Origin: Octopus bimaculoides
Taxonomy: Eukaryota
Reading direction: 5' to 3'
NCBI RefSeq assembly: GCF_001194135.2
Contig: NC_068983.1
Coordinates: 96,458,642 to 96,505,721 of the forward strand
Length of the DNA: 47,080 nt
The position numbers and the translations under genes are program-made. The notes under the pieces were generated by a model. That model had not been told where the DNA came from, ran no database searches, and saw only the letters and a list, made by a program, of their open reading frames with translations. This document shows, one piece after another, positions 24,855 through 38,029 of the stretch (the first letter of the stretch is position 1; each line of letters opens with the position of its first letter).

Positions 24855-25778
24855 GGTGCATTTAAATATCGAGACAGACAGACAGGCAGACTGAAGGGCA
24901 TGCAGATAGACTTATACAAATGTATGTATGTATGTATGTATGCATGAAGTGAAAGAGAGAAAGGGCGAGAAAGATAAGACAGTAAGCAGCAAAGGAAGTA
25001 AGAGAAAAGTCCAAACCATGGAACTGTCTTGGCGTAGCTGCCTAATTTGGGATTTAAATGAAGAATTAGGTAGAATAGAAATAAAGGACATTATTTGTTG
25101 ATATATGAGTTATAACATTGCCTGACTATGAATGTCAATGACCTATTAGATTGGGCGAGTTGAGAGAGAAGTGAGAGAAGGATATAAAGACAAGCGACTG
25201 CTCTTTACTATATATAAAGCAAGGATGATCTTTTAATAACATCCTGTAGTTTCTTAGATAATATGAAGCCTTTCATTACGATGATGAATGAGTCAAGTAA
25301 TAACAACGAGTGGCCTTTTATGTATTTTTATATAAGTATATATATCCTCTTTCAATTTTCTCCTTTCCATCATCCTCTCTTTCACTCCTTCTAAATACAT
25401 ATACATACGTATACAGGCGCACACAAGCACACACATAAAGTCATGTAAATGTATATACATACAAAATGTATTCTACCTACATCTACCACGTGCGTGAGTT
25501 CGTTTATACATAAATGCAATAATTTATAGATACATATTACGTTTATATATTTATTTAATTAATGATGTTATCCATGTGTGTATATATNNNNNNNNNNNNN
25601 NNNNNNNNNNNNNNNNNNNNNNNNNNNNNNNNNNNNNNNNNNNNNNNNNNNNNNNNNNNNNNNNNNNNNNNNNNNNNNNNNNNNNNNNNNNNNNNNNNNN
25701 NNNNNNNNNNNNNNNNNNNNNNNNNNNNNNNNNNNNNNNNNNNNNNNNNNNNNNNNNNNNNNNNNNNNNNNNNNNNNN

Positions 25779-25830
<52 letters not shown>

Positions 25831-25841
25831 TGCACATATAC

Positions 25842-26227
25842 GCGCAGGAGTGGTTGTGTGGCAAGGAACTTACTTCCCAACCACATGGTTCTGGGTTCAG
25901 TCCCACTTTGTGGCACCGTGGGCAAGTGTTTTCTATAATAGCCTCAGGTCGACCAAAACCTTGTGAGTGGATTTGGTAGACGGAAACTGAAAGAAGCCCG
26001 TCGTATGTATATATGTGTGCATGTATGTGTGTGTCTGTATTTGTCCCCCACCATCACTTGACAACCGATGTTGGTGTGTTAACGTCCCCGTAAAATAGTG
26101 GTTCGGCAAAAGAAACTTATAGAATAAGTACTAGACTTATAATGAATAAGTCCTGGGGTCGACTTGCTCAACTAAAGGCGGTACTCCAACATGGCTGCAG
26201 TCAAATGACTGAATGAAGTAAAAGAAT
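25842..26227 (+). mobile_element. Full-length tRNA-derived SINE, family A
   Basis: tRNA-like head GCGCAGGAGTGGTTGTGTGG...GGGTTCAGTCCC, internal (TG/TATG) tract, tail CAGTCAAATGACTGAATGAAGTAAAAGAA. Confidence 0.88.
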
Positions 26228-26369
26228 GTGTGGCTGCGTGTATGTATGTGTACGTAGGCGCGCGCGCGCACACACACGTAACGATATACTCACATTTATA
26301 AATACTTATGCACGTTTGTGTGTATTTACTTATGTGTACGTCGTTATGTGGGCTAATATTTCAATAAAC

Positions 26370-26470
26370 TTATTTACATTATTTACATTTGACGGATGTT
26401 TGTCCTCATCTTGTTTGGTGTTAACAAATGATGAGGACAAATATCCGTCAAATGTAAATAATGTAAATAA
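26370..26470. repeat. Near-perfect fold-back palindrome (41-bp arms, 19-nt loop)
   Basis: 26370-26410 versus the reverse complement of 26430-26470: 40/41 identical. Confidence 0.95.
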
Positions 26471-26855
26471 TATAAATAACGTGCATAATTCCTCATCTCT
26501 CAAATATAGAACTGTATTATTTCGATAAACTTCGAGCTTTTTCCAGTTTATGCATTTCGCAAATGTATGATCATTAATTACTACATCTTTTTTTCCGTTT
26601 CCTAATCCTGAAACTTTCGATCCAATAATAATTCTCTTTTGTTCAACCTTCTATGTATATAATGTGCGTTCTCAATACATTGTTACAATATTCAAAAAAT
26701 TAGATTTGTTACTAGTATCACAAATTAAATTTATTACCTGCTAATATCGCATAAGTATCAAATATCTAGGAGTTTACGAGCGATGTTCTTTACGGTCGAT
26801 CTGTTTGATCGATGGGTATAACACAAATAGATATTTATTTCTGGTCACTCTAGAC

Positions 26856-27136
26856 CAGTGCTACTTAAAGTGGTGGTCCTCGAACCGGTGCCAGTCCGCG
26901 AGTCATCAGCTGCCGGTACGCAGCGAGTTTCCAGGAATGAAAGAAACATTATAAAATGCTTATAAAATGCTTATGTAACATTGTATTATTTGTTTAAAAC
27001 ATTGTAAACTTTTATTACAGACATGATATATATTATTTCCGGTATAAATTAACATTACAAAGAAATATTACTGGTCCCTGGCACATTGGAAAAAAAAACT
27101 GCCGGTACGCCACATCAGATAATTTGAGAAGCACTG
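26856..27136 (-). mobile_element. Intact hAT (Buster/Charlie-type) MITE, 281 bp
   Basis: TIRs CAGTGCTACTTAAA / TTTGAGAAGCACTG; perfect 8-bp TSD CTCTAGAC (26848-55, 27137-44), fitting the NTCTAGAN preference of Buster/Charlie hATs. Confidence 0.95.
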
Positions 27137-28478
27137 CTCTAGACTATAAGTAAGCCATTTTGGTTAATGTAATCTTAAATACACATTTGATCTTAATGTC
27201 TGTTAGATCTCAGTTAACTACAGCTACACCATCGTAGTCGCGATCAATACCATCACCACCACAACTATCACTACTACTACCACCACCAACAGCACCAACA
27301 ACACCAACACGCTCGTCAACGACAGGAAAAGAAGCAACTACATCAAGAACAACAATAACAATGAATGATATAGTATAGTGGATATTCAAGAGATAATCAC
27401 GCTAATATGTCGGTGATAATAAGAATGCAGGAACAGGAACATCTGCAGCACAAACCGCGCAAACATCGTCAACATCCATAATAAAAACACCACCATCTTC
27501 AATCAAACAGGTTTCTTAACAGAGTGGACACGTTTGACAATGTAGTTTAAGATTACACTTTATTCAATCCAGCGCTACTTATGACCATCGGCTTGAATGC
27601 CTGTGACTACAGGTAGTTTTGGATTAGGACTTACTCGAGGGTAAACAACAGCAGCTTAACGTGTTTCAAGTAGCTTTCTTCGTTTCATATTCCAAAGGCT
27701 GCCGAGGTTATACACTTTTATGAGAATAATTACTGGCAATTGACCTGTGGAAAAAAAGTTCAAAAGGCTTAGATTTTTGCTTTCTCATAAGATGTAACCC
27801 AGATATTCTACTGTCCACGTTATCGGAGTTATCTCACCAAATGCTTGTCCTTTAAAATTTCACCTTGTATTTATTCCGTAGGAAGTTTTGAATGCCATCC
27901 GTGATGTTCTTCTTCTTTAGTTTTCGTCCTTCTTGTTGCATAACTCTCTTCATTTCACTCGCCTGGTTCCCAGTCATAATTTTCCATCTCATTCACACGA
28001 ATGCTGTCTATCGTTGCGTTGGCTTTTATATTTACAAAGACTAAGGGAAACGCATGAATACTATGGCATTACATTTCTTACTTGCAATTTACTCTAATGA
28101 TATCAATGACTGTACGTTTCTTTATTACATTTTCTCTTTCTATCACTCATTTCGTTATTTTGTCTGTCATTCCTATCCACATCAGCTTTGTCAGTTTTCT
28201 CATCCTCACTTTATCTCATCATCTCCGACACCTTTTAAGATCAGACAGCAGCGATGATAATAAAGATTAGATTCTCTGACAAAATTGCGATAATTTCAGT
28301 GTTACTGTCTTTATTAAAACAAGATAAACACACTTCCGGTGTCATGGCTGCTTCGTGCTAGATGATTTCTGTAATAGCCTAAACAATAACTCTTATTTGT
28401 TTCACTGTCTCGTCCTTCTCTCTTTTCCTCTTCTCACTATCATTTTATCATCTTCCCTTTCTCTAACACCCTGTCAAT

Positions 28479-28523
<45 letters not shown>

Positions 28524-28533
28524 NNNNNNNNNN

Positions 28534-28570
<37 letters not shown>

Positions 28571-29394
28571 CCTCCCTCTCTCTATGAAGTAATCCACACC
28601 CTCTGGCTTACCGGGACTTTCTCACACTGTCCCTTTTATAAACACTTTGATTTATCTATATCTTTCATTATATTTGTCTTTGCACTGTCATTTCTTCTAC
28701 CTTTTTATCCGGTTTCTTATTATTTCTTTTTCTTCCATTATTTCTTGCGATTTTCTCCCTGAATAATATTTTAAAACAGTTTTATACTCGTCTTCTTTCT
28801 TTTAAATCATTTCACTCCATTCCATGTTTAATTTTGATAACTTTTATCATGCTGTCTATTTACTTATTTACCTATTTCATTGTCTCCTTGCATGTCGTAT
28901 GTATGTATGTATGTATGTATGTATGTATGTATGTATGTATGTATGTGTGTATTACGTACCTATATATATATGTGTGTGTGTGTATTTAAAAACTACCCAA
29001 AACTTCCGTGATATAATTATATACATATGCACATTATTATTAATTAAACGTATTCATTGTGTATAAATTTTTATAGCATGCTGATTACTTGATAAAAATC
29101 ATGTTAATGATTTTTATCCTTATATTCTTTTATGAATTAATATATATATATATATANNNNNNNNNNNNNNNNNNNNNNNNNNNNNNNNNNNNNNNNNNNN
29201 NNNNNNNNNNNNNNNNNNNNNNNNNNNNNNNNNNNNNNNNNNNNNNNNNNNNNNNNNNNNNNNNNNNNNNNNNNNNNNNNNNNNNNNNNNNNNNNNNNNN
29301 NNNNNNNNNNNNNNNNNNNNNNNNNNNNNNNNNNNNNNNNNNNNNNNNGCATATATAAATATATGTATATATGTACATATGTATGTATATATGG

Positions 29395-29590
29395 AAGCAT
29401 ATATGGGTACAGGACGTCACAAAACCCAAACAACACGAAATACGAAATACGAAAACCTGGAATACAAAGACTAACTTTTGTATGCGAACAGCGAAAGAAA
29501 CAAATGGAAAACTAGACAAGTAACATAAAGAACGAGCCTTCATGAGTTGTCGGCTGTTTATCTACTCGACATTTCGATCAATTCGGTACC
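29395..29590 (-). repeat. Unclassified dispersed repeat; homolog at 46300-46480 (+)
   Basis: Both copies share CGAAATG..GAGTAGAT...CAGCCGACAACT(G/C)ATGAAGG...ATGTTACTTGTC...TTTTGTGACGTCCTGTA(C/G)CCATAT. Confidence 0.75.
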
Positions 29591-29815
29591 GGACAAGGAT
29601 TCTGGATTATTTTCCTGTTTTTTTTTTACTTCATTGTTGAGAGAGGTCGGATTCATTTTTAGTATTCTCGTTTGTGAGAGCAATCAAGTTTATTTCAGAT
29701 ATTCTCATTTTAAAAATCATCTCTGACAAAGCGTTGAGAGGACGTTGGTGTTGCCTTGGAGGAGGTTTGCCCTCTCTGAGTGTTCTTGCTTATATTTATA
29801 TTAATACACGTTAAA

Positions 29816-29990
29816 GCGGCGAGCTGGCAATATTGTTAGCACGCCGGTTAAAAATGCTTAGAGGCGTTTCGTCCGTCTTTACGTTCCGACTTCAAATTCC
29901 ACCGAGATTGACTTTGCTTTTCATTCTTGATATAAGTACCAGCTGAGCATTAAGGCTCCGTGTAATCGACTAACTCCCTCCCACGAAATT
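29816..29990 (+). mobile_element. SINE family C copy
   Basis: GCGGCGAGCTGGCAATATTGTTAGCACGCCGG...TTCAAATTCCACCGAG...AAGTACCAG. Confidence 0.8.
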
Positions 29991-31344
29991 GCATTTGAAA
30001 CGAATATACCTTAGATGAATATCCCTTACCTTACAGATTGATTGATCGAAGATAGTCACTTGGTGAAGTTAGGGAATTTTTCGATCGGTTCTCTGCTAGG
30101 CGCATGTATTAATGTCATGTGATAGCCAGGCGTGAAGCTGATGTTACAGATTTAACCGAGTAGATATGCCATGGAACAGTCAGTATAATAGCGATGCAGG
30201 TTGACGGTCGCTTCCGAATTTACAGCTGTTCTAGTCTGGTGCCTGTGTCAAGTAGCTGTAATTACTTTTGTGGAGAGAGGAGAATCGTACATATAACTTT
30301 GCCGAAAGGACTTTCTTTCCTTACAATCTTGCAAATTTGGAGAGTTTATATAATAAAACTGTAGCTTACTGTCGCTGACAACAAAGAAAGACGTTTGTAA
30401 GGAGGTGAAACTTGTTTAAAATTAAGTAACGTTTCAGAAAAGTGTTTGACTGTAGATCGAGAAGTAAAAAACAGTATATATGACAAAGTCATGGTGAGTT
30501 ATAGAAGTTAAGTTGTGTAATTTGGATGTCAGCATATAAATATAATTTTGTAAAATTGGTTTGGATGCTAGCTAATCCGAGCAGTAATATTCCTATTTAT
30601 AATCCCGAGCAGATATAAGGTCAGATTAACTTTCAACGGCGGGATTTTCATATAACAATGAAAAACACTCACTGTGAATGACAAATTGTATATGTTTTTA
30701 AGTTTTTATTACCTGTTCAGCCGCAGTTTGCATTTTTTAATATTTTCTTCGTTTTTGGTCTGCCGTATTGTATATATATATTCGTAAAGTGGGAAAACTA
30801 GGAGTCTGGAGGATTTTGTTTGTTGTATAAATGTCTAAATATTCACTGTATGGAATATGTCAAGTCCTAATATTTCGTATTTGTTGTCGATGAGATGTTA
30901 ATCTTATTCCTAAGGTGAAAGGAAGTTTCGTTTATCCAATATAATCTTTGTTTCATCCGTTGTGGCAGACATTCGTTTTCTTGATTTTCTTTTTATTAAC
31001 GGTGAGTTGAAATTAAAACATTTACATGTGAGACACATACTAGCCATTCAAAGACACACGGTCACTATTAACTTCAATAAAACATAGTATTTGGTGGTAA
31101 CACTTTCGTCGCATCAAATACAACCTGGTTACTGACACAGTTCAACATATACATACACACAGACAGAGACACAGAGACAAACACACACACACCACAGACC
31201 ACACATCCCCACACACACATGATAGAACCGTATATACATATATATGTGTGTGCACGCGCATGGGTGTGTTCATGCGTACGTAAATACAATTAGATAAGCA
31301 TATATATAAATGTGAAAATAGGATACATATACATATGCATGTTT

Positions 31345-31379
<35 letters not shown>

Positions 31380-32183
31380 CGTACGCTCTCACACAGACGT
31401 AATATGTACATGTATGTATACATACATAATATATGACTATATGTAAGAATGCATATGAGAGACAGTCAGCTAGTTATCTAGGTAAATAGATCACACAACG
31501 TAATAACAACATTTAATCTCCAAAAATTACTCTGTATTTCTCACGAAAATTCAATTTTATACCAGTTAAGAATCTTAAAATTCCATGATCTAATTTAATA
31601 CCAAAATATGCCGCTTGTGCTGATAATCTTATCTACTAGAATATTCCACATGAATATATAAATACCTTTTTGTCTCAAACAAAGCAGTTCTTATCACATT
31701 ACAAGTAATACTAAAAGTAGAATCTTTATTTCTTTCCATATGAATTGTAATCTCTTTCGAAACTTTTTCTATAAATAAACAATACATCGTGACATTTCGT
31801 CAGATCGATTATAAATACATTTTGAAGTTTTCATGGATAATAACTATGTTTTATCTTAAAAGCTATAACATTTAGTAAATATAATTTTACTGCTGTACAA
31901 CACTATGTATATCGATATTTAAACTAGGATAACGCTTCAGAACAGTAGAATATGGCTGTAGTTATTTCCGATTATGCTTGGACATTACACAAGAAAAATT
32001 ATATTGGTTATGATGATAGAATATAACAGGGCAACAATTACTGAACAGTTTATATCATTTTGTCAAACTAGAGCAATAGCATAGAATGTTTAAGCTTGTA
32101 AATCTAGGGAATTATCTATGACATAGGAAGAAGAGAATAGCGTCTGTGTGGTAAGGCGTATGTATGCATGTATGTATGTATGC

Positions 32184-32216
<33 letters not shown>

Positions 32217-33469
32217 NNNNNNNNNNNNNNNNNNNNNNNNNNNNNNNNNNNNNNNNNNNNNNNNNNNNNNNNNNNNNNNNNNNNNNNNNNNNNNNNNNNN
32301 NNNNNNNNNNNNNNNNNNNNNNNNNNNNNNNNNNNNNNNNNNNNNNNNNNNNNNNNNNNNNNNNNNNNNNNNNNNNNNNNNNNNNNNNNNNNNNNNNNNN
32401 NNNNNNNNNNNNNNNNNNNNNNNNNNNNNNNNNNNNNNNNTATATATATAGATATACATATGGATATTTTATAATTGTATACATAATTATAACAAGGGCT
32501 TGCTTTGTGCCTCACCACTAACTGAAGAATAGACGTCAAAAGACACCATTACCACCATAAATAGAATAACACACCTTATAATTGGCTAGCGTTGTTATAA
32601 TTATGTATATAATTATAAAATATTTGTAACATTTACCTATGATGTTTTTAATACCACGCTGACCACCTTGTAAAAATCATTAATGATTTTAACCCTTTAT
32701 TATTATAATTATATATATGTGTGTGTGTGTATACCAGGAATTTTACCCCCACCCCAGGTATATATCACCTTGTAAGTGTATGTATCTAAATTTTGTACGA
32801 ATGTTTTACTCTCTTTCTTCTTTCCTTTTTCTCGCTACCCTTCTCTCACATTTCTTGGCATTTTCTTTCTTTAATCTCTCCACTTTCCTTCGTTTTCTCT
32901 CTTGTCCCTTTTCCTCTGTCCCTCTTTCTCTCTCTCTAGTTCCTTCCCCAATTCTTCACTCCCTCTTCCCCCTACCTCTCCCTTTTTCTTCTACGTGACC
33001 GTTATTCGGCCAAGTATGATCTTTCTTGGCCCGCCCCCCGCTCGTACAGCACCTCTTATTTTCCTGTCTCCTGACTTTCATCTATGTGTCTGCCTCAAGG
33101 CTTTCACTCCATACACGCCAGCTCAACTTGATTCGTCTTTATTAGTCGAAAGACACCTGTTACTATTCTCTTGTTGTTTACACTTGTATTCGTGAAGCAT
33201 TTTCTCCGTTTTCTCGTTTTTTTGTCTGCGTTGTAAACATTCGCTTGCTTTCTTCCAAAAAATTTAATGCTCTTAGCTTATATTTTTGGGGCCTGCCAAT
33301 TCTGAAAAGTCGCAAGTGTAGCAGGCCGAAACTGTAATGATAATTTGGAAAATTGACTGATGAATAGGAGGCTACGAATGATCAGCCCTTGTTCTTTCCT
33401 GTCTGTCTTTATATCGTCTATCTATCCGCATGTTTTTATTGTCGTCTGTTACGTTCTTATTCCATTTTT

Positions 33470-33470
<1 letters not shown>

Positions 33471-33548
<78 letters not shown>

Positions 33549-33590
33549 GTATGTATATGTATATATGTATATATGCATGTATGTGTGTAT
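33471..33590. repeat. (TA)n-(TATG)n microsatellite
   Basis: Read directly. Confidence 0.95.
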
Positions 33591-33599
33591 GCATGTTAT

Positions 33600-33983
33600 G
33601 GAGGCGCAATAGCCCTGTGGTTAAGGCAGCGGACTCGCGGTCGTAGGATCGGGGTTTCAATTCCCAGACCGGGCGTTATGAGTTTATTGAGCGAAAACAC
33701 CTAAAGTTCCACGAGGTTCGGGCAGGGGATGGTGGCGAACCCTGCTGTACTCTTTCACCACAACTTTCTATCACTCTTTCTTCCTGTTTCTGTTGTATCT
33801 GTATTTCAAAGGGGCCAGCCTTGTCACATTCTGTGTCACGCTGAATCTCCCCGAGAACTACGTTAAGGGTACACGTGTCTGTGGAGTGCTCAACTACTTG
33901 CACGTTAATTTCACGAGCAGGCTGTTCCGTTGATAGGATCAACTGGAACCTTCGTCGTCGTAACCGACGGAGTGCCAACAACA
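33600..33983 (+). mobile_element. Full-length tRNA-derived SINE, family D (~385 bp, (CAA)n tail)
   Basis: A-box-like GGAGGCGCAATAGCCCTGTGGTTAAGG and B-box-like GGTTTCAATTCC; close homolog at 40014-40400. Confidence 0.9.
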
Positions 33984-34450
33984 TGTGTATGCATCTATGC
34001 ATACCTATATGTTGATGTATGTATCACTAAATATATACTGTATGTATATACGCGCACACAGACACACATACATACACACATACACATATAGTTATTCCCA
34101 CATACGTATATAAGCTTATGTATATGTACACCCGCGTATAACTATATATTATTGACGTAATTATGCTTCATAAGTTATAAGGTTGGTCGAAGCAAACATT
34201 TTTATACGGTGATGATAGCAGATAAATTGAACCCTGCACATTTATACCCAGTTAAGCTGTGCAGTATCAATGGCAGTCTCACTGAAATAATGATATATAA
34301 TGCAAACGACAGCTACAACAACTGTACTTGTTAGAATATGTTAGATTAACGATTATTTTGATGTCTTTCCAATTCTGACACTAAATCTATGAATCTTATA
34401 ACGTTTGATTCTAATCATGTGACTCCTTGTTATTTTTATTATTGTGTCTA

Positions 34451-34625
34451 AGGCGACGAACTGGAAGAATCTTTCACAGCGGCGGTTAAAGTGCTTAGCG
34501 GCGTTTCTTCTCGCATTTTGCATTGTAAATTCAAATGCCGCCGGGGTAGATTTTTCCTTTCATTCTTTCGAGTTCGATAAAATGAGTGCCAGTTGAGAAA
34601 TGGGGCCGATGAAGTCTACTAGCCC
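34451..34625 (+). mobile_element. Degenerate SINE family C copy
   Basis: AGGCGACGAACTGGAAGAATC...GCTTAGCGGCGTTTC...TTCAAAT; ends at the gap. Confidence 0.65.
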
Positions 34626-35404
34626 NNNNNNNNNNNNNNNNNNNNNNNNNNNNNNNNNNNNNNNNNNNNNNNNNNNNNNNNNNNNNNNNNNNNNNNNNNN
34701 NNNNNNNNNNNNNNNNNNNNNNNNNNNNNNNNNNNNNNNNNNNNNNNNNNNNNNNNNNNNNNNNNNNNNNNNNNNNNNNNNNNNNNNNNNNNNNNNNNNN
34801 NNNNNNNNNNNNNNNNNNNNNNNNNNNNNNNNNNNNNNNNNNNNNNNNNNNNNNNNNNNNNNNNNNNNNNNNNNNNNNNNNNNNNNNNNNNNNNNNNNNN
34901 NNNNNNNNNNNNNNNNNNNNNNNNNNNNNNNNNNNNNNNNNNNNNNNNNNNNNNNNNNNNNNNNNNNNNNNNNNNNNNNNNNNNNNNNNNNNNNNNNNNN
35001 NNNNNNNNNNNNNNNNNNNNNNNNNNNNNNNNNNNNNNNNNNNNNNNNNNNNNNNNNNNNNNNNNNNNNNNNNNNNNNNNNNNNNNNNNNNNNNNNNNNN
35101 NNNNNNNNNNNNNNNNNNNNNNNNNNNNNNNNNNNNNNNNNNNNNNNNNNNNNNNNNNNNNNNNNNNNNNNNNNNNNNNNNNNNNNNNNNNNNNNNNNNN
35201 NNNNNNNNNNNNNNNNNNNNNNNNNNNNNNNNNNNNNNNNNNNNNNNNNNNNNNNNNNNNNNNNNNNNNNNNNNNNNNNNNNNNNNNNNNNNNNNNNNNN
35301 NNNNNNNNNNNNNNNNNNNNNNNNNNNNNNNNNNNNNNNNNNNNNNNNNNNNNNNNNNNNNNNNNNNNNNNNNNNNNNNNNNNNNNNNNNNNNNNNNNNN
35401 NNNN

Positions 35405-35465
35405 TGTTCCGTTGATCGGATCAACCGGAACCCTCGACGTCGTAAGCGACGGAGTGCCAACAACA
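35405..35465 (+). mobile_element. 3' end of a SINE family D copy emerging from the gap
   Basis: TGTTCCGTTGATCGGATCAACCGGAACCCTCGACGTCGTAAGCGACGGAGTGCCAACAACA. Confidence 0.85.
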
Positions 35466-35593
35466 TTGCTGTGGTTGCTGACGCTCGTGTTCGCTGTGAC
35501 CTTGGTTTGCTGATGCTGTAGATTTGTTTCGGCTTGTTGTGACCATCGTCGCTTTTCGGTTCGAATTGTTATTATTATTACAGTTGTGAAAAC

Positions 35594-36097
35594 GGCCGCG
35601 AGCTGGCAGGGTCGTTAGCGGTATTTCGCCTGTCGCTACGTTCTGAGTTCAATTTCCGCCGTGGTCGACTTTGCCTTTCATCCTTTCAGGGTCGATAAAT
35701 TAAGTACCAGTTGCATACTGGCGTCGATCAAATCGACAGGCCCCCTCCACCAAAATTTCAGGCTTCGTGCCTATAGTAGAAAGGTTGTTATTATTATTAT
35801 CGCTGTGAAAGAGGCTGCGAGCTGGCAGAGTCGTTAGCATGCCGGGTGAAATGTTTAGCGGTATTTCGTCTGTCGATACGTTATGAGTTCAAATTCCACC
35901 GAGGTCGATTTTGGCTTTCATCCTTTTGGGGTCGATAAATTAAGTACCAATGAAACATTGGGGTTGATGTAATCAACTAGTCCCCTCCTCACAAATTTGA
36001 AGCCTTGGGTAGAAAGGAGTATTAAGGTTGTGAGGAAGGCGGCGAACTGACAGAATCTTTGGCACTCCGAGCAAAATGCCTAGGGATTGCCCTCGGG
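35594..36097 (+). mobile_element. Three head-to-tail SINE family C copies (35594-35800, 35813-36023, 36036-36097 head only)
   Basis: Repeated GG(C)NGCGAGCTGGCAG heads; first two share the GTCGATAAATTAAGTACCA body. Confidence 0.85.
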
Positions 36098-36107
36098 TTT
36101 GCTTTTA

Positions 36108-36247
36108 AAGAGGAAAGGAGGTCGAACCTGGGTAGATTCTGTACATTTCCTGTTGTCACAGTTAGTCAACAGTGCGGAAGAGGAAAGGAGGTCGAACCTG
36201 GGTAGAGTCTGCACATTTCCTGTTGTCACAGTTAGTCAACAGTGCGG
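36108..36247. repeat. Direct tandem duplication, 2 x 70 bp
   Basis: 36108-36177 versus 36178-36247: 2 mismatches. Confidence 0.95.
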
Positions 36248-36708
36248 CTGCAGTCGATGTGGACAGCCCTAATCCATGAATTTTCGATTTCAAAGCCATG
36301 ATACAATTATATATAAAAGTCTTTGTAGTGATGGTAGTGGTGGTAGTGCTGTAGTGTGGTTTTGATTCTTTTGTTGAGGTCATAACTAACGTTGACGTGG
36401 TTGTAGCAGGTTTCAGAAGGTCACAGATGTAGCTGTTGACAAAATCGTTAAAGCGGCGATCAAAATGCATTTTAAGTTCAAACATTACCGCGTTCAATTT
36501 TCATTTTCACTTGACCCTGATCGATATAATAAAGTATGTATTAAGTACAACAGTAGATACAATCAACTATGACCTTCCCCTAAAATGGAAAGCACGGACT
36601 TGAGTTCCTTCAATGTAAGATAAAACAACAGGATGGAAGAGGCTGGAGCACTTTTCATCATGGTTTTACTCGATTAAGGCTAACCTGGGGCTAAATAGCA
36701 TATTTTAT

Positions 36709-36878
36709 CTTTTACTTGTTCCGGTCATTAAACTGTGGCCATGCTGGGGCAGCGCTTTGAATAATTTTAGTTGAATGAATTGATCCCAATGTTTTCTTTT
36801 AAGCCAGATATTCATTCTATCGCTCTCTTTTGTAGGACCGCTAAGTTACTGGGACGTAAAAAGACTGATAGCGGTTGC
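36709..36878 (-). mobile_element. SINE family A 3' fragment
   Basis: TTTTACTTGTTCCGGTCATTAAACTGTGGCCATGCTGGGGCA...CTAAGTTACTGGGACGTAAA, matching the reverse-orientation copy at 23349. Confidence 0.7.
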
Positions 36879-37039
36879 CCATTTTTTTTTTTTGTACGGA
36901 AAACGGTAGTATGTGATTTGAAGTAGATTTAGATGCTATTTCTAGCAAATCGGATGACCACCACCATCACCACTATACACTCACATAGAGGCTCCTTCAT
37001 TGGTTCATGGTAAGTAAAGGATACTGATGGAGGGGCTGA

Positions 37040-37207
37040 AAATGGTGGCGATCGGGAAAGTGTTGAGGGTGCTTGTACTTATGGCTGCACCAACGGCGAC
37101 GGGGTGGGGTGGTTTTGGTAGTGGTGTTGGTTTTAGTAGTGGTGGTGGTGGCATTGTTGGTGGCAGTTGTAGTGGTTGTGGTGGTAGTGGGGGCAATGGT
37201 GATGTTT

Positions 37208-37249
<42 letters not shown>

Positions 37250-37265
37250 GTAGTGTTATGGGTGA
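37040..37265. repeat. (GGT)n/(GTA)n low complexity
   Basis: Read directly. Confidence 0.85.
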
Positions 37266-37355
37266 TAGCAGCCTCTCCATAGATACATAAATCTTTCTTA
37301 CACTTCACCCAGCTCCATATACAGGCAGTTTAACTCTCACTCTCTCTTACTCTCT

Positions 37356-37389
<34 letters not shown>

Positions 37390-37843
37390 ATCTATATGTA
37401 TATCTGTCTCTGTCTCTGTCTATGTCTCTCTCTTTCCCTTGCTGTCGACATAATCCTGTTATGTACTTATGCTAACGTGTTGAATTAATATCAGTCCCAG
37501 CAACTTCGCTCTCAGTTTTGACACACATGAAATTCTACAAGCAGCTCAGTCAAATTGTATTGATCTCCGCCTTGTCAATATTGTTAGCTATCACCAACAC
37601 CAGCCTTAACACTCCTGGGGCATACTTCAATCTTATTGTTGTTGTTGTTGCTGTTTTTGTTGTTGTTACTTTTGTTGTTGTTGTTGTTATTGTTGTTGAT
37701 CTTGTTTTAATGTTCTTTTCGCACTGTCACAGGATTAGAAAGCTCAACCTAGCTTCTTAAGCAAGCTTCGTATTCTTTGATTTCTTTTGTACGCTCCTTT
37801 ATTCTATATAATCACCAGCAGACACACACAAAAACATACACAA

Positions 37844-37877
<34 letters not shown>

Positions 37878-38029
37878 ACACCTAGGTTCAAACACAGGCA
37901 CACGCACACATTCATACATACATACATACATACACACAACTATTCATGTACATATGCACACAAGCTATTCAACTCGCGACACGTCTTCCTTTAACACACT
38001 TGCTTTGTGGTTATTGATGGTTAAGTGTG

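Noticed and set aside
27635-27744. Minus-strand 110-bp segment with TTTTTTTCCACAG acceptor and GTAAGT donor
   Set aside because: Stops in all frames; could be a non-coding exon but unsupported without RNA data.
33320-33370. GCCGAAAC...CTGATGA in type II hammerhead order
   Set aside because: Stems I and II do not pair; probably part of an unclassified repeat.
33600-33670. tRNA-like A/B boxes at SINE heads (also 25842, 40014)
   Set aside because: They continue into SINE bodies and do not form a full cloverleaf; not tRNA genes.
34205-34290. GTGATGA...CTGA, C/D box snoRNA-like spacing
   Set aside because: Weak terminal stem and no recognisable rRNA or snRNA antisense element.
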